This document shows positions 11,977-25,430 of a stretch of 64,000 nucleotides of DNA, in pieces. Made by a program: the position numbers and the translations under genes. A model generated the notes under the pieces. That model was not told the DNA's origin, made no database searches, and saw nothing but the letters and a program-made list of their open reading frames with translations. Positions within the stretch are counted from its first letter, which is position 1. Each line of letters opens with the position of its first letter. The stretch lies in assembly GCA_964252035.1 (NCBI GenBank), contig OZ176205.1; one strand, given 5' to 3'. The DNA is from Podarcis erhardii (Eukaryota).

Positions 11977-14900
11977 GCCCCTTCTGCAATCATTACAGGG
12001 TCCATGCCGCTAAGGGGAGAATGTGTAATGCCAACTTCATGTATCAAAATGAATTCAGATATTCAAGTAGGCATCATCTCAGAATACACGTGGAGGATAA
12101 ATTTGCCCAGATAATGATTTCAGTCTGTGATTACAAGTATATTAAGAGACAACTGTCTTTCCATGTGCAGGGAAGCATTGGTTTGAAGGCTTTATAGAAA
12201 ACCCACCAAAACAGCTCTTAGGCATTCAGGGATAGTAGAGTTCCACAGAGGACCATAGCACTCGCTTGCTCAAACAGTTGAATCGGCTGACTTGCTACAG
12301 CCAGTATGAAAATGTGCAATAGATGCCAATCCCACAGTAGGCATCTTATTTTATTATCCCAATCTTTCCCCACTGTGTGTTCTGAGTTTCTGGGGTAAAC
12401 TCCAAATATAAATTCTGAACTCAGAGGAGTTCAGAAGTTTCTGGCTTTTGCAATCCCTGCCTCTTTCTTACATTATTTAAAATGTTTAAAATGTTGTATT
12501 AGTTACAACGGTTGATAGGAGTTTGTATGGTTAAGATGCCAAGTCCACATCTCTTATTATTAGAGTGAATGAAGGGCTCTGGTTCTATTACTGGCTTATA
12601 TTTGTCCCAGTTTACATATGCATCCTATATATTAGCCTATACTCTGCCATAGGAATGATTGAGTAGCCATTTTTACCTGTTAGACTTCGTTCTCCCCAAA
12701 TGATGTGCCTGGGCTACATTGCTTAAGATTTTAGAGATGGGGTTTGTGTCATAAGATTTAATGCCCTTCTGTACACACAAAAAATCTGACGCTACGATTC
12801 TATGATTCTATTTTTCTATGTGCAGGGATGTTTTTTGGTAGATGCAAGAAAGTAAATCCCCATTACGTTTATCATTTCAGTTAACACCACACTCTAATCC
12901 TGTTGATTTCAGTTGAGTGGCATTGCTTCAGTGCCCAGTAAATTGTCCACTGTTGAGAACTAGCATTTGGGAGAGAAACTTAAAATAAACGACACTTGCC
13001 CTCATGGGGCTGTCTGTAGAGTGGTGGCAGCATATCTGTATACCACCATTAAATCAGCTGTGGGGAGTCTTGTGATAGTCTAGCATTAGAATCAACTTGT
13101 CTGCTAGTGGAGCAACATGGCCATTTGGTAGCCAGAAGCTAGTGAGGAATGCAGCTCACATGTACTAGGGTGATGGAATTGACCTGTCACCAGAAGGACT
13201 TGTGGAAGGTATTGCAAGATTTCCTTTAAGGTTAGTGGGAGATGGTAGAAAGAGCCAAGCTGGGCAAACTAGTGGCATTTGGAGGAGCCATGTAATTGTA
13301 AAAGCAGGAAAAAGACTCCTATAATTTTAATTTAATGAAAGATATGAAAGCATTACAAGGACTGGAAAATATTCTCTGTGTTACTAGAGTGTAAGGCAGG
13401 GTTCTTGATGGGCCCCAGAGTGATTTGGGATGAAGCCTGGGACCCCAGGAGATAATTGTGGCAAGACAGCCACCCTAAGCACAAAATTAGAAATTAAACA
13501 GCACCCCTCTATTCTGGTCCTATTTTCATTTCCGTGGTAATGTTTTGAAGTTAAATTAAGTTGTCATCTATTTTAGTCCAAGTTACAGTGTCCAACTGTT
13601 TTGATTCATTTAAGCAGTGACAATTCACATGAGTCAGAACCAGCTAGGATAGGGTAACATTGTCTAGTCCCAGTGTGTGGGGAAACGGTAAAATCTTTCT
13701 GTTTAACCCAATGCCCAAACTATCCAGGCAAACAATTGCGTTGATGTAGAGGCATCTTGAAAATCTCTATCACCTTTTTAAAAGAAAGAGTGGCTCAAAA
13801 GATGGAGGTGTCATTCTCTTACTTTTGTCTGTTTGAGTCGGTCAGGCTGGAGACAAAGTCCTATAATAAATTAGATCTTAATCCTTTCCCCTAAAGTAAG
13901 ATTAGAGCATTAATTGGTATATTAAAAATTCACTCAACTGTGGTAATTCCTCTGTTTTAAAAGTGAAGCAGCCTGTGTTTCACTAAATCCTACCCTTTTT
14001 CTTTCTCTCCAGAAGTATCTTCACTAAGCAAAATTATTCTAATGCTCCGAAAGTTACCATGATGTTATCTTGCTAATTAGTGCCGTGGAAAAAAAGATCA
14101 ATTAATGTTATAATTAAAAACTGTGTTTAGAATGGTTGTTTGTGGTGAATGAATGTGACAACTACTTTGTTCACTGGTGATGTGTGGTGTTTCTATACAG
14201 GCCTTTGCTGTTATTTACATAAAGGTCCTCAAGAGGCACCCTCATTTTCTGTCAAAGTGGCATAATGTACATGTGCATGTATGTGTGCACATAAGGAAAC
14301 AACTGTAGAAAATGTTTGTCTCAGTTGCTTGGAAATATGCTTAATTCAGTGAACAGTTGCTCAGCATTATGTTATGGTGCACTGTGATGAGAGGCAATGT
14401 ATTCAGATCAGTTTTGAGGGTGAGACTTTCCCCAAAAATCAAGTAGATATTGGACACTTCATACCCCTGTTAAACCCCAGAAAGAAATGGAATTGCCCTC
14501 ACCTATGTCCTATTTGGCACAAATGAACTGAGATGCCTTAGGAAGGGGACACCTAAGGCAGATGGAGAACCAAGTTGGGCACTTGTTGCACATATGAGTA
14601 AGTTAGAACTAGTAAGAGCCCAATGTTGTGACCCTACCCTAGGACCCGTGTTTCAGTTAATGGGGGAAGAGGTTGGAAGGCTCTTTATGAACTCAACAAA
14701 CCTCATTGATGACTCCCTCTAGTTTTAGCCAAATAATGAGCCCTGTAAACTTTTAAAAACAGTGGCTGAGAGGGCCAAAATAAAAGGTAAGGGAAGTGCC
14801 CAGGATGTTTGGTATTTCTGACAGTTTCCATTCTTTCTCTGTGTATCTCCCTTGAACTGACTGGCAGTCATCACATGCAAGGCTGGAACAGCTAGCCAGT

Positions 14901-15134
14901 GGTTTGTACTGCCATTTTGAAGAACACAGCTGCCTATATTAGCAGTGGTCGAGTCTGCTTCTTAAGACGCCTCCACAGTGCTAATAGGTATAGCCAATGG
15001 ATAAAGAGAAAGATAATGGGGAGCATGGTTAAATTTGAATAACTAAGTCCTGCATATTTTTCACAGCTGAACCCTTCACTGGGAACAAATTTTTATTTTG
15101 TACTAAGTGTGATTAAGCAGTATGCTAACTGTAT

Positions 15135-15183
15135 AAACAAACAAACAAACAAACAAACAAACAAACAAACAAACAAACAAACA
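15135..15183. repeat. (AAAC)12 microsatellite
   Basis: Read directly. Confidence 0.97.
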
Positions 15184-16559
15184 GGAGCTTCCCTGCAGAT
15201 ACTGCTGAGGAACCAAGTGATGCACCGTGTCCTTAGTTAGTAAAAACATTGTTTTTGCTCAGTTGCTGAGTGCATGTTTGAAACAGCGTAATAGATCACC
15301 ATTCACTGTTAAAAACTGCAAAGGAGAGCTACACATTTGCAGGAGTTGGGAAAGAACATCCTAATGTCTGGGTCAACTTATTTTAAAGTGTTTGAGACTT
15401 TTAAGTGGAACATACCCTTGCCTTAGCAGGCTGTATACTGCAACTGCCGCATCCCCCGAAAGGCCAGTATTTTGGCTCTAAACTGAAAAGTACTTAGTCC
15501 AGAGTTGTCCTATTAATCTCGGTGCCATTTTTCTGAGGTAAGTTACTGCAAAATAGCAACCACTATTTTTAACTCGTTTATGCTGTCAAAATTCAGACTT
15601 TTAAATGTTGTATGGCTGTCGAACCTACTCCATTTATATAAGAGTGATGTTTATTGCAGTGCAGGAGGGTAGTATGTATTTTTGAAGTTCTGCTTGGCCT
15701 TTTTCAGGGATAGAGCAAGCTGTTCTTCATATATTGTATCCTGGGAAAGCTCTGTTACAGTTAAACGTGGAACAGTATCTCCATAGGAGCTGTTGCCAAG
15801 CAGATACATGGTTTTGGAATGTTCCCAGCAAACTTCCACAGTTGATACTCTAGCGACGAGCTCGCCTTTCTTTTCCTTTTCCTTTTCCTCAGTTAAAACT
15901 CTTCAAATAGCCAAAGGGTAGAATTTTGCATTGGCCTGCATCCCTAAATCCCCCTCAATAACCATAATTCACTGTGGGTGATCTGTATTCATTCCACCAT
16001 GATAACCACAATTAATTTTATATATATTTAAAGCTGACACAGAACTATTTGTGAGAGGTGGTTTCTGTACAATTGTAAGGGCACAATTTTGTGAGACACT
16101 ACACTGAAGCATTAGATCCTAGGATACCAATTCTCTGGGGCTGACACTCGGACCTAATCTCATACCAAGAACTGCAGCAGTCATGTGCATACCTAGCATT
16201 GTAGTGCTTTGAATCACATGGGGTATTGAGGAAGGGAATAGCTACAGGATGAAAAAGCACTTCTGGGGCTGCATTGTGGAGCTGCCATAGTACACCATGG
16301 ACCTGTAGCAGAATATTGTCAGTGGCTAATTGGACAGAGCTCCATGTCTTTTCCCTGAGTCTTACAGCTGCAGCAGCTCAAATGCTGCAGCACTTGAAGG
16401 AACCCCATAGGAACAGGCTGCCACTATGTCATGGTCCATCCATGACATCATTCCTCTGCTGCCCATCCCATGATACAGTATATTTTACCACAGCCAGAAT
16501 TAACTATGGTCAGTTGCAGAAGACCTACTGTCCTTCATTTCCCCAGTTTCAGAAGGCTA

Positions 16560-16800
16560 TGAACTTTGGCAACAAAGCAGTTCAGATTGGGAGCTTATAT
16601 CGCAGCTGGAGAATCCACTCTTTCCTTGCTCTAGTGATCCATGCGCTTCCCACTCCTCTTGAGTAGCTTCCTGTGCAATTATCCGAGCACTGCCCTGACA
16701 CTGTCCTTACATTGGAGGGTGAATGTTTGCAGCCGGAAGCCTGCTGTATTTGTGGAGATGCCCTGCCCAGTTAAACACTGTGCACTGGGTTCTAAAGCAC
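16560..16800 (+). mobile_element. Possible very old L2 ORF2 remnant
   Basis: The translation YRSWRIHSFLALVIHAL resembles the L2 motif LxTVVHAL; downstream ctgccctgacactg and ctgtgcactgggtt echo GLPLKT and LHWLP. Confidence 0.3.
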
Positions 16801-17302
16801 ACAGACAACATCCAAGAATACAGGAGGCATCCCACTGTACACATTCACCCTCCAGTATGTAGGGTGCAGCTGGGTTGGGCTGAAGGACAGAATTGAGGAA
16901 CCTGGGCTAACAAATGTATTTTCACGCATCTTCACAGGATCCTAATGGTGTGGGAGAATGCAAGTCCAATTAGGACTAGATGAGATATCTAGATTGGTCC
17001 AAGTTGAAGCAATGCTGTGCTTTAAAGTAGAATATGCTTACCTAATAAATTGCGCCTTATTTTTACTTTCTGATTGGTGCTTATCCAGAAGAGATAAGGA
17101 AAATCAGATCACTACATGTAGAAAAACAGTGAATTCTATAAAAGGTTTATAAGAACTCTAGAATATAGCAAAAAGTATGGATGCAAGGCTTCCCTACACA
17201 ATAGAGGGGCTTTTGTCTCAGTTCACTCTTGGCAAGGAGTTCTAAATACTGTTGTTAATTTCCTATCTTTCACTAGACACAGAGCTAAAACAAGGGAGCA
17301 AT

Positions 17303-17322
17303 TTATTATTATTATTATTATT
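17303..17322. repeat. (ATT)6-7 microsatellite
   Basis: Read directly. Confidence 0.9.
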
Positions 17323-18112
17323 TTGTTTAAGCTGTGTTTTTATTTATTTATATATACATATATTTTCCAAGCCCAGTTCCTAGCAGGATATCCTTGTTTA
17401 TGCCTCAAGTTCCGGGACTTTTTTTCTTTAAAAAGCTAACCTTAAAAAGCCTTACTCACAATACCTTCTTTTATTTTTAAAAGCCAGTTTCTATTCATAA
17501 ACACATGTGAATGTTCTTACTAGTTTTCTTCTTTTAGAGATACTGGTAGTGACATTGGCATTTGCCTTAGATCGACTTTGTGACATGCACACTGCCATAG
17601 AGCATTGGGGGGGGGGGGGAGAGATCGAATTTAGTTGTCACAAGATTTACACAGGAAAAGGCAAAAGGAAAACTTTGAAACTATAAGAGACCCAGTTTTT
17701 CCCTGTTGAACATTTTTGGATCTTTACAAGATTTAGATGGCTGGCCAGGATTAGATAGTGCTTCCAGCCCTTCAATGAGATTTGATATGTAAAGGGTGCT
17801 GGATTATTACAGTACATAGCTGTACTGATTTTTATTTCCATTGCCTAATAATGCACATGGAACTGATTCAGTCTTTACAATTCAGTGCAGTATTTATTGT
17901 ACTGGATGCAAGAAGGAAGGTGTCTGCATGTTCACAGAAACTCTAATATGATTCCAACATAGATGTGACAATCATAGGGCAGTGTTGTGCAACTTGTTAT
18001 TTCTTGTTTTATGTTGATGGTTTTGTTGACTGATTGCTGTCATTCTTGTAGTTGAACTGATAGTGGAAAGGCAAGGTAAAAATATAAAAGGTAAACAAAA
18101 TTAAGACTTACT

Positions 18113-18226
18113 CAGCTTGGATAGCTCAGTTGGTGAGAGCATGGTTCGATTCCTGCTTATTCCTGCATTGCAGGAGGTTGGACTAGATTATCATTGGGGT
18201 CCCCTCCAGCTCTGTGATTCTATGAT
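18113..18226 (+). mobile_element. Short tRNA-derived SINE with CR1 3' tail, internally deleted
   Basis: A box tagctcagttggt, B box ggttcgattcc, then a CR1-type tail attcctgcattgcaggaggttggactagat...gggtcccctccagctctgtgattctatgat. Confidence 0.75.
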
Positions 18227-18499
18227 CAGGTGAGCAGCTTCCCCGTTGGTCTGGGAACTTTTATAAAATGTTGTTTTAAACAAGAAAGGATAGGGGGAAA
18301 TTAACTGTGACCTTTTGCATAGGTCTATTCATATTCTGTCTGTAAAAGCTGGTTGTTCAACATTCACTGCGTTCTGTTTTTGTCCCCTTCTTGTTTATAA
18401 TACCTGTTTCATTGCCTTCTGTAAAGGGTGTACCTGAAGGCAGCAAGCAAGCTGATGGAATTTTAGTTAGTTGGTGGTGTGCTGATCCTGGCTCATCAG

Positions 18500-18855
18500 T
18501 TTTTGACACTAAGGTACAGCTGTTTATTTGGTAGTGTCCAGACTATGGATTCCCCTCCCAGGGAGATTCATATGGCCACACATTACAGGTCTTCTGTTGA
18601 ACTATAAAGGGTTTTGCTATTTTTCTGTACCTTTGTTTTGAATGACTTTTTATGCCTCTGTCTCTTTTACCATTTAACTTTTATTGTGGAACTTTTTACT
18701 GGGTTATTTTGAGGCATCTTTTTTTAGTTCTATAATCATGTTGCTTTATTGTTCTTATATTTACCCATTTTATTATTTTAAGTCACTTTGAAGGCCTTAG
18801 ATGGAAATACATCCTGTAAAAGTACATACATACATACATACATACATACATACAT
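18500..18855 (+). mobile_element. L2 LINE 3' fragment ending in (TACA)8
   Basis: ctatggattcccctcccagggagatt (LWNSLPxEI-like), a T-rich UTR, taagtcactttgaagg and a (TACA)n tail at 18823-18855. Confidence 0.6.
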
Positions 18856-20539
18856 GCAATGACTTCTAATTTAAGGACATTGTCTAATCAGCCATTTCTT
18901 TCATACATAGACATTCTGTTTTTGGACACATATCATGTGAATACATCAAGTTTTGTTCTTTGCTACAGTTTGTGGTTAACTGTGAGCCTTGGTTCAGATG
19001 ACATACTAAGCCAAACCTTGTCTTAGCTCAGCATGGCATAGGAATAAAAACCTGCATGTTCACATCCCAGTAAGCAGTAGTTTGATTTACTGTGTTGTGT
19101 GATTGTGGTCTATAGCTTAGTGAGCTGGAATTGACTATCTAGTTTGAGCAAAGGTGCAGAAATCTAGGCAGCCAATAGATATTGGTGCCTGAAAAAAATT
19201 GATGATGAGTTGCTGCCTAGGTCAGGAATTAGACTCCTAAGCTTTGCACCCTTGAATATGAGATTATGACTGTAGTTATACCAGAAAAGAAGGTCTCACT
19301 GAAACCAACTGATATGATAAACCACCTAAAAGTTCCATTCAAGTAGACATATTTTAACAATGTAATGGAATAACCTTGCCACCTTGACCTCTCAGCCTCA
19401 ACTTCTGGAATTTAAGAATGTGCTCAAATGGTTTCCTGTGCTGGGTTAGACTGTAAGTGCCACATATGTTGGCGCTACTACTCCTACCTTTTATCTGAGT
19501 TCTTGTTTCCCCTCTATTTTAAAAGGGCTCTTCAAACATTTCAAATGAATGATTTTTTAAAAATGCACATCTTTGATATACTGTTATGCTGCTATGTGCT
19601 TGATATAGTGTTATGCTATATTAGTTTAGTAGCGGTATAGTCTTGATAACTGCAAAGCCCCCAATCATTGTTTTGCTTATGTGTAAATAATGTGTTAAAA
19701 TATATATGGAAATATAACACTAGGATTTTTCATTTCTGTAACTTATCTGCCTGGATATCTCTTGTATGCAACTTATGCTTGCAAGTGAAACACTAGATAA
19801 TAATTAAGGATAACTTGAGTGTCCTGCACTTGAAAAGAGGCCTTTCGTTTCGAATGTTACTTCAGGTTTTCATTAATCCTCAATCACCTTTCCAAAACTG
19901 CATGGGGAAAAAGTCGAAAGGGCACTGTAAAATGGTGTGAATACCACCTGCTTGACATTAAATCAGACCAGGAATGTGATATTCACAGTAATCCGTTTTT
20001 ATTTAGATTTTTAAAGCCCTTCAGATTAACAAGTAAATGATAAGTGCAGGCTGTGAAACTGATTACCACTTGCATACTTCCAGATACAAAATATATCAGT
20101 TGGTTCCATGTGCATCGATTATCTTGGTCTGAAGGAACAGAGCACCCCATAATACCCTTTTGAGTTCTAAAAAAGTAACCAGACAGGGAGGGACTGGTTT
20201 GGTCATTTATTTACCAAAAAGAAAATCTGTATGTAAAAATGAAACATTTCAGCAAACAAAAATTTATCACACATCAGTCGGGATCACATTTCTGTCCCCC
20301 TTTCCCAGATAGCTGAGGCTAAGTTAATTTAAACATGTTGGACTTCTGCTTGACTTGCCATTCTTTTTTTCTCTGATTAGCCTTAAACCCTCAGAGTTCC
20401 ATGACCTTAATAAAGCTATTTTTCTTGACAAGTTAAAAACTGCCTTAACAAGCAAAGCTCATCTGGCTGAAACTGAAGCCAAGTTAAGTTGGTGTTTTAG
20501 ATCTTCATTAAAGTCCACAGCATGAAGCACAAGGTGTAT

Positions 20540-20572
20540 TGTGTGTGTGTGTGTGTGTGTGCGCGCACACAC
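20540..20572. repeat. (TG)11-(GC)3-(AC)3 alternating purine-pyrimidine tract
   Basis: tgtgtg...gtgcgcgcacacac, read directly. Confidence 0.95.
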
Positions 20573-21583
20573 GGACGTGTGAGACAAACTGTGCACTATG
20601 AAGCATATTGGCTTTACATTTAATTAGACAAATTATATGCAACCCAGTAAATACCCTGGGAATGTAATCAACATTAGGGTTAATAAGGAGTGTTTGGAGG
20701 GCGAAAAACCCTAATTTTTTCACCAAGAAGAAAATTAACACTAAGAGCCAAAAAGGAAAAGCTAACATGAATCTCAGTATTGATTGGGATAGTAATCATA
20801 TGGTATTCTTACAGAAGTTGGAGGTGTGTGTGGAATTACTATGACCTTCCTCAATTCTGTTTGAGGTTTGCCTATACTCGGTGCAAATAGATTGCTCTGA
20901 AATATGTTGTAAAGGAAAGTTGTAGTTGCTGAGTTTTTATTCTCTGTTCAGTCCTTGCCCTCAGTTGATGCTGACTCATGGAGAGTCAGTGAAATTCTGG
21001 CTGCTTTGGACAAGCAAATGGGAGAATGAAAGCAATGAAGGAAAGCCCCTCCGAGTAAATGCTATGACTGGTTTGGCAATATGCTGGGAAATGCAGACAA
21101 AATGTGGTCGTGCAGCTTTCCATTTGGAAGATGTCCCTCAGATTCATTAGCATTGTGTCTGTTACTAGGCTTATCAGCTAAACAGCCAACAGACATAATC
21201 TGTGGCTTATATTTTTTCTAATGCTTTTTTTTTTCCAAGGGGCTGCTGACGGGACATAATCCACTGTTTTTTATTGCATTGCCTCTGGATGTGTTGTAGC
21301 TCAAACAAACAGATAATTCAGGGGCTCCAAACTTCTTTCCTTTAGGGCTAGAGTGGTGGGGTCTTGGCTACCTTCTCACAAACTCCAGGGCTGTTTAAAG
21401 TAAACAAATGATTTGTTCATGTTGGAAGCATCTTATTGCCCAGCCAGAGATACAGCGACAGAGTAAAATTTGATTTCAGGTCATGATGAATACCCTTGAT
21501 AAGGAGTAAATCAGTACATTATAATTAACTGTATTTCACTGCAGGGCTGTATTTGCTTTGTGGCTTTTACTAATTTCAAGAAT

Positions 21584-21587
<4 letters not shown>

Positions 21588-21619
<32 letters not shown>
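21588..21619. repeat. (GT)16 microsatellite
   Basis: Read directly. Confidence 0.97.
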
Positions 21620-21622
<3 letters not shown>

Positions 21623-22090
21623 AGTATTAGCCTACTAAACATACCAGATTCCATATGTCCAGAGTAGAATTGCAAATGTTTTTCTCCTGTCAAGAGTTTC
21701 TGTACTTTTAACAGCTGTATGCCAAATTCAGTAGATCAGGGTATGGTTTGAGAAGCACTCAATCTGACCACTTTATTTTTTGCCTGCACAGCCAAATAGG
21801 ATCCTAATGTACAGATTTCATGAAAACAAGGAATATTTGTGGATAGGTTTTCAAGAGTCTTTAAAAGCTGAGTACTGTGTCACTCAGGACTGTGCCATAT
21901 GCAACAGTGTACTATTTCCATTATGGAAAACCACATGTAGTCTCATTCTGTGTGACACGTACAGCACAGCCTATAGTAGTTTGTATATACCAGGTTTTCA
22001 TGTGCAAGTAAACACTTTGTCATTGGTGATAGATATGGTCTAAATGTGGTTTTTCTACATGGAAGTGATATCCATGTAGAAAATCAATTG

Positions 22091-22205
22091 GTGGTGTTCA
22101 GCTAAGTTTTACATAGAGTAGACTTAATGAAATTAATGAACATGACTAAGTTGGGTCCATTAATTTCAGTAGGTCTACTTTGTGGAAAACTTAATTGAAT
22201 ACCAC
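22091..22205. mobile_element. Palindromic MITE-like squamate repeat (~115 bp)
   Basis: gtggtgttcagctaagttttacatagagtagac... is an imperfect reverse complement of ...gtctactttgtggaaaacttaattgaataccac. Confidence 0.7.
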
Positions 22206-22242
22206 TTACCATATGTGGAACGGCTCCAATATTATTCTGTTA

Positions 22243-22460
22243 CAGTGGTACCTCGGGTTAAGAACTTAATTCGTTCTGGAGGTCCTTTCTTAACCTGAAA
22301 CTTCTTAACCTGTGGTACCACTTTAACTAATGGGGCTTCCTGCTGCGCCATCACCGTGCAATTTCTGTTCTCATCCTGAAGCAAAGTTCTTAACCCGAGG
22401 TACTATTTCTGGGTTAGTGGAGTCTGTAACCTGAAGCGTCTGTAACCCAAGGTACCACTG
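22243..22460 (-). mobile_element. Tc1/mariner (Tigger-like) MITE, copy 2
   Basis: TA|cagtggtacctcgggttaag...cccaaggtaccactg|TA; inverted relative to copy 1. Confidence 0.95.
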
Positions 22461-23014
22461 TATTCTAGATAGCCCCTTGCCCCCAAATACTCCATTGTGC
22501 TCTAAAAGTGCACATATTGTACATTATGTACAACCACATGTTAGTTTTTGATAAGCTTCCTCTGTAAATACATCTTTAATCCGTGAAAATTGTGAGATTG
22601 TTCTGGTGAAATCAATGAATATAGAAATCATTGCCAATCTACTGCAAATCAAGCAGAGCTCCAATTCCCAATTGTTTAACATTAGCAGCAAAGTGACTCC
22701 CATCCCTCCCTGCATTATACTGTTGAAATGAAGAAAGCAGGAGTTTGCCAGGAATGGGTTTTTATGTGGAAGGACATTGAGCTCCATTTAATTCTGGGCT
22801 TTAAAACAAATTATTGAACTCAGAATTCAGAAGTATTAAAGGTCCAACTGGTGCATTTTAGGGTTAAAAAACAAAGTATATCCTGCAAGTAGATTCCATA
22901 TGCCTAAAGCCTGCCCTCCTCTGAGCTGAGTCTATGCATATAACCGGAGACGTTGTTTCTTCTTAGGATGTCCAGTGCAGTTATTTTATTACTGCAGAAT
23001 TTTTCAGTTGGAGA

Positions 23015-23260
23015 ACAAATTAAATTGGCCCAGTACTGGAAAGTTGTTTCTTTTCCCACAATTACAGAATGACTGAGCAAGGCCACAGAAATAGCAGACA
23101 TGGACAAATTGACCAATATTGTATGTCAAAGAAATTGAATGCATATTCAGGTTGCTTTAGTTGTAAATGGGCTCCATTTATTATCTATTGGAATAATAAT
23201 TATGTATATGAAAAATTGGAAAGAGATTGGGTTTTATTATATTCTGATATGTTTTATTTA
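23015..23260 (+). mobile_element. L1 LINE ORF2 C-terminal remnant with 3' UTR
   Basis: Translation KLAQYWKVVSFPTITE*LSKATEIADMDKLT and, after a frameshift, KWAPFIIYW, matching the C-terminal pattern of non-mammalian L1 ORF2 (AQxWK..PT.EEW..K..E.AEMxKLT...KW.PF..Y). Confidence 0.6.
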
Positions 23261-25098
23261 ATAAGACCAGGGCGGGGGGTGGGGGTGGGATGTAGAAGTA
23301 GCTATGTGCAAGCCAAGCCACTCAGCTTTGATTGCTGAGAATTCTGAAGCCTGGGAAAAGGTAGAGGATGCTAGGGAATCATAGGCAAACAGGCAGGGAA
23401 AGTGGAGCCTCTGGGCACCTTTTTCTGCCTGTTGTTTATCTGTGCTTATCTTTCCTTTAGTGGCTAATTGCTCTACTCCTCCTCCTCACAGCTTCTAGAT
23501 ACAATTAGAAGACACAACAAAGAGAGATATGATAAGCAGGAATAAATATGGAGTGCAGAAAGGTGGCCCACAACTGATTTGCTTGCCTGCGATCCCTTCC
23601 TGCTTTCTCTCTATGTTATTTTTTTCCTTGTGAAATTTGCAAATAAAAAACTAACAATAATAAATAAGGAAATGGGATGCAGCTTCTGCAACTTGCAGCT
23701 TGTGGCTTCTTTCTTGTGGTTTCAGAGCAGGAAGAGAAGAAGGTTGGGCTTGTTGAAAGAGAACAAGTTTTGCACTTTCTTGAGTAGAATGAGTTTTGGA
23801 GCTCCTATCCCCACAAAACAAGAGGGCGCCTTTAAGGCACAACTGAAACACAACTTGTCAACATTTGTTGTTTTCTTTAGTAATTGTTCTTAGAGCACCA
23901 AAACAAAACACATACTTGCTTATGGTGTTGCATTATGCTTCTGTGCTGTCAGGGTCAGAAATGATGTAATTTATTTCACAAGAAGCCTTCCCACTAAATG
24001 CAAGCTCAGAAGTGCTAAATTTAATTAAAAACTTTTATTTTTCAAACAAACAGTTATTATTCCTTCTTACCTTCTGAACTTTAAGACATCTGAGCTGAAT
24101 AGGACCTGGATAAAGCAGGGAGAAACTGTTTCTCCTTTCAACAGATGCCTGTTATTACTTTATCTGAAACAAGGACTCTAACCCCCCCCCCCAATGAACA
24201 ATGCAAGCAAGCAAAAAGTAAAATAAAAGTTAAATTGGTAAACTTGGGTTTTGTTTTTAAATTCAAGCAGCTATAAAAAGCCTTGAATTTGTTAAGAATT
24301 TGCTGTTTTGCTGTGGAAGTAATTACAAGTCAATAGCATGTGTCATTGTAAAGTTAGCCACTATATTAGCAGTTTGGGTTTTTTATTGGTTCAGATATGA
24401 CTAAGCAGGATTAGTACATGAGAACCTTATGAAAAATAGTAGTGATAAAAGCAATTTAACTGTCAGTATATTTGTGTTGTGGTTTTGCTATGTGAAACAT
24501 AATTGCCTGGCAATGGAAAGGACACTGAGGATGGATTCCCCCTCCCACCCCCACTTATTTCTGTGTCAGTAGCCGTGGAAGATTATTTCACTCTTTGGAA
24601 GGGATAAATACAACAGATTAAAATTATATTTAAAATTATGCAATGAAAATTTGCAGCTGTGTTCTTCACTGGCACATGTGTGTGCAAAGGCAGAAGAAAC
24701 TAAAGATCAAAAATATTATTGAAAGTTCCTTCCCACTTTTGTGGACATTATGGTCACTCATGGTAAAGTCTGTGGTTCAGACCTCTTACTCTGAAACTTA
24801 TTGTGGTTTCAGCCACTGAATCAGCAATTCAGCTGCATCAACTTCAGTCTTGCTGATTTCAGTGTGCATATCAGAATATAAGATTGAAGTTTTAGTGAGG
24901 AGAAGCCACTGACCCGTATAAACTATGGACATTTTAGGGAGATGAGTAGATAGAAGTACTAAAAGACTATCAGCTGAAATAAAGCATTAGAATTAGTGCC
25001 ATGATTTAGATATTCCCACTGATGTCATAAACATTTTTCATCTTCCTTCCATTGTTTGCGATAACTCTTTGTTTGCTGTGACTTTGGCTAGTGTTATT

Positions 25099-25430
25099 TG
25101 AAGGACTGCCTGCATTCACATGAACCTACCCAGGCCTTAAGATTGACATCAGAGGTCCTGCTCTCTGGTCAGTTACTGGAGAAGATTGGGTGGATGAGTA
25201 ACAGGGGCAAGGTCATTTCAGTGGTGCACCCCACCACATTGTTGAATTTTGTTTCCCTGGAGCCCAAGCCCTCTCTCTGTCAATTTTTAGATGTGGTATT
25301 AATAGGTATTTTGTTCAGCAAGGTCTTTTGAACTCATTATGTGTTGGTTTTGTATTTTAATAATTTTTATCTTGTACTATTTTTCTGATTTTATTATTTT
25401 ACAATGCTGTTGTTAAATATCTTTGAGCAG
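25099..25430 (+). mobile_element. L2 LINE 3' fragment
   Basis: ORF 25098-25331 (KDCLHSHEPTQALRLTSEVLL...) mirrors L2 KDRLLPYEPARTLRSSSEALL, followed by a T-rich UTR. Confidence 0.65.

Noticed and set aside
12792-12810. ctacgattctatgattcta, CR1-type terminal repeat
   Set aside because: Too short, with no recognisable upstream CR1 body, to list as an element.
15430-15537. 108-bp exon-like segment (ccttagcag|...gag|gtaagt)
   Set aside because: Stops in all three frames; a non-coding exon cannot be excluded but has no further support.
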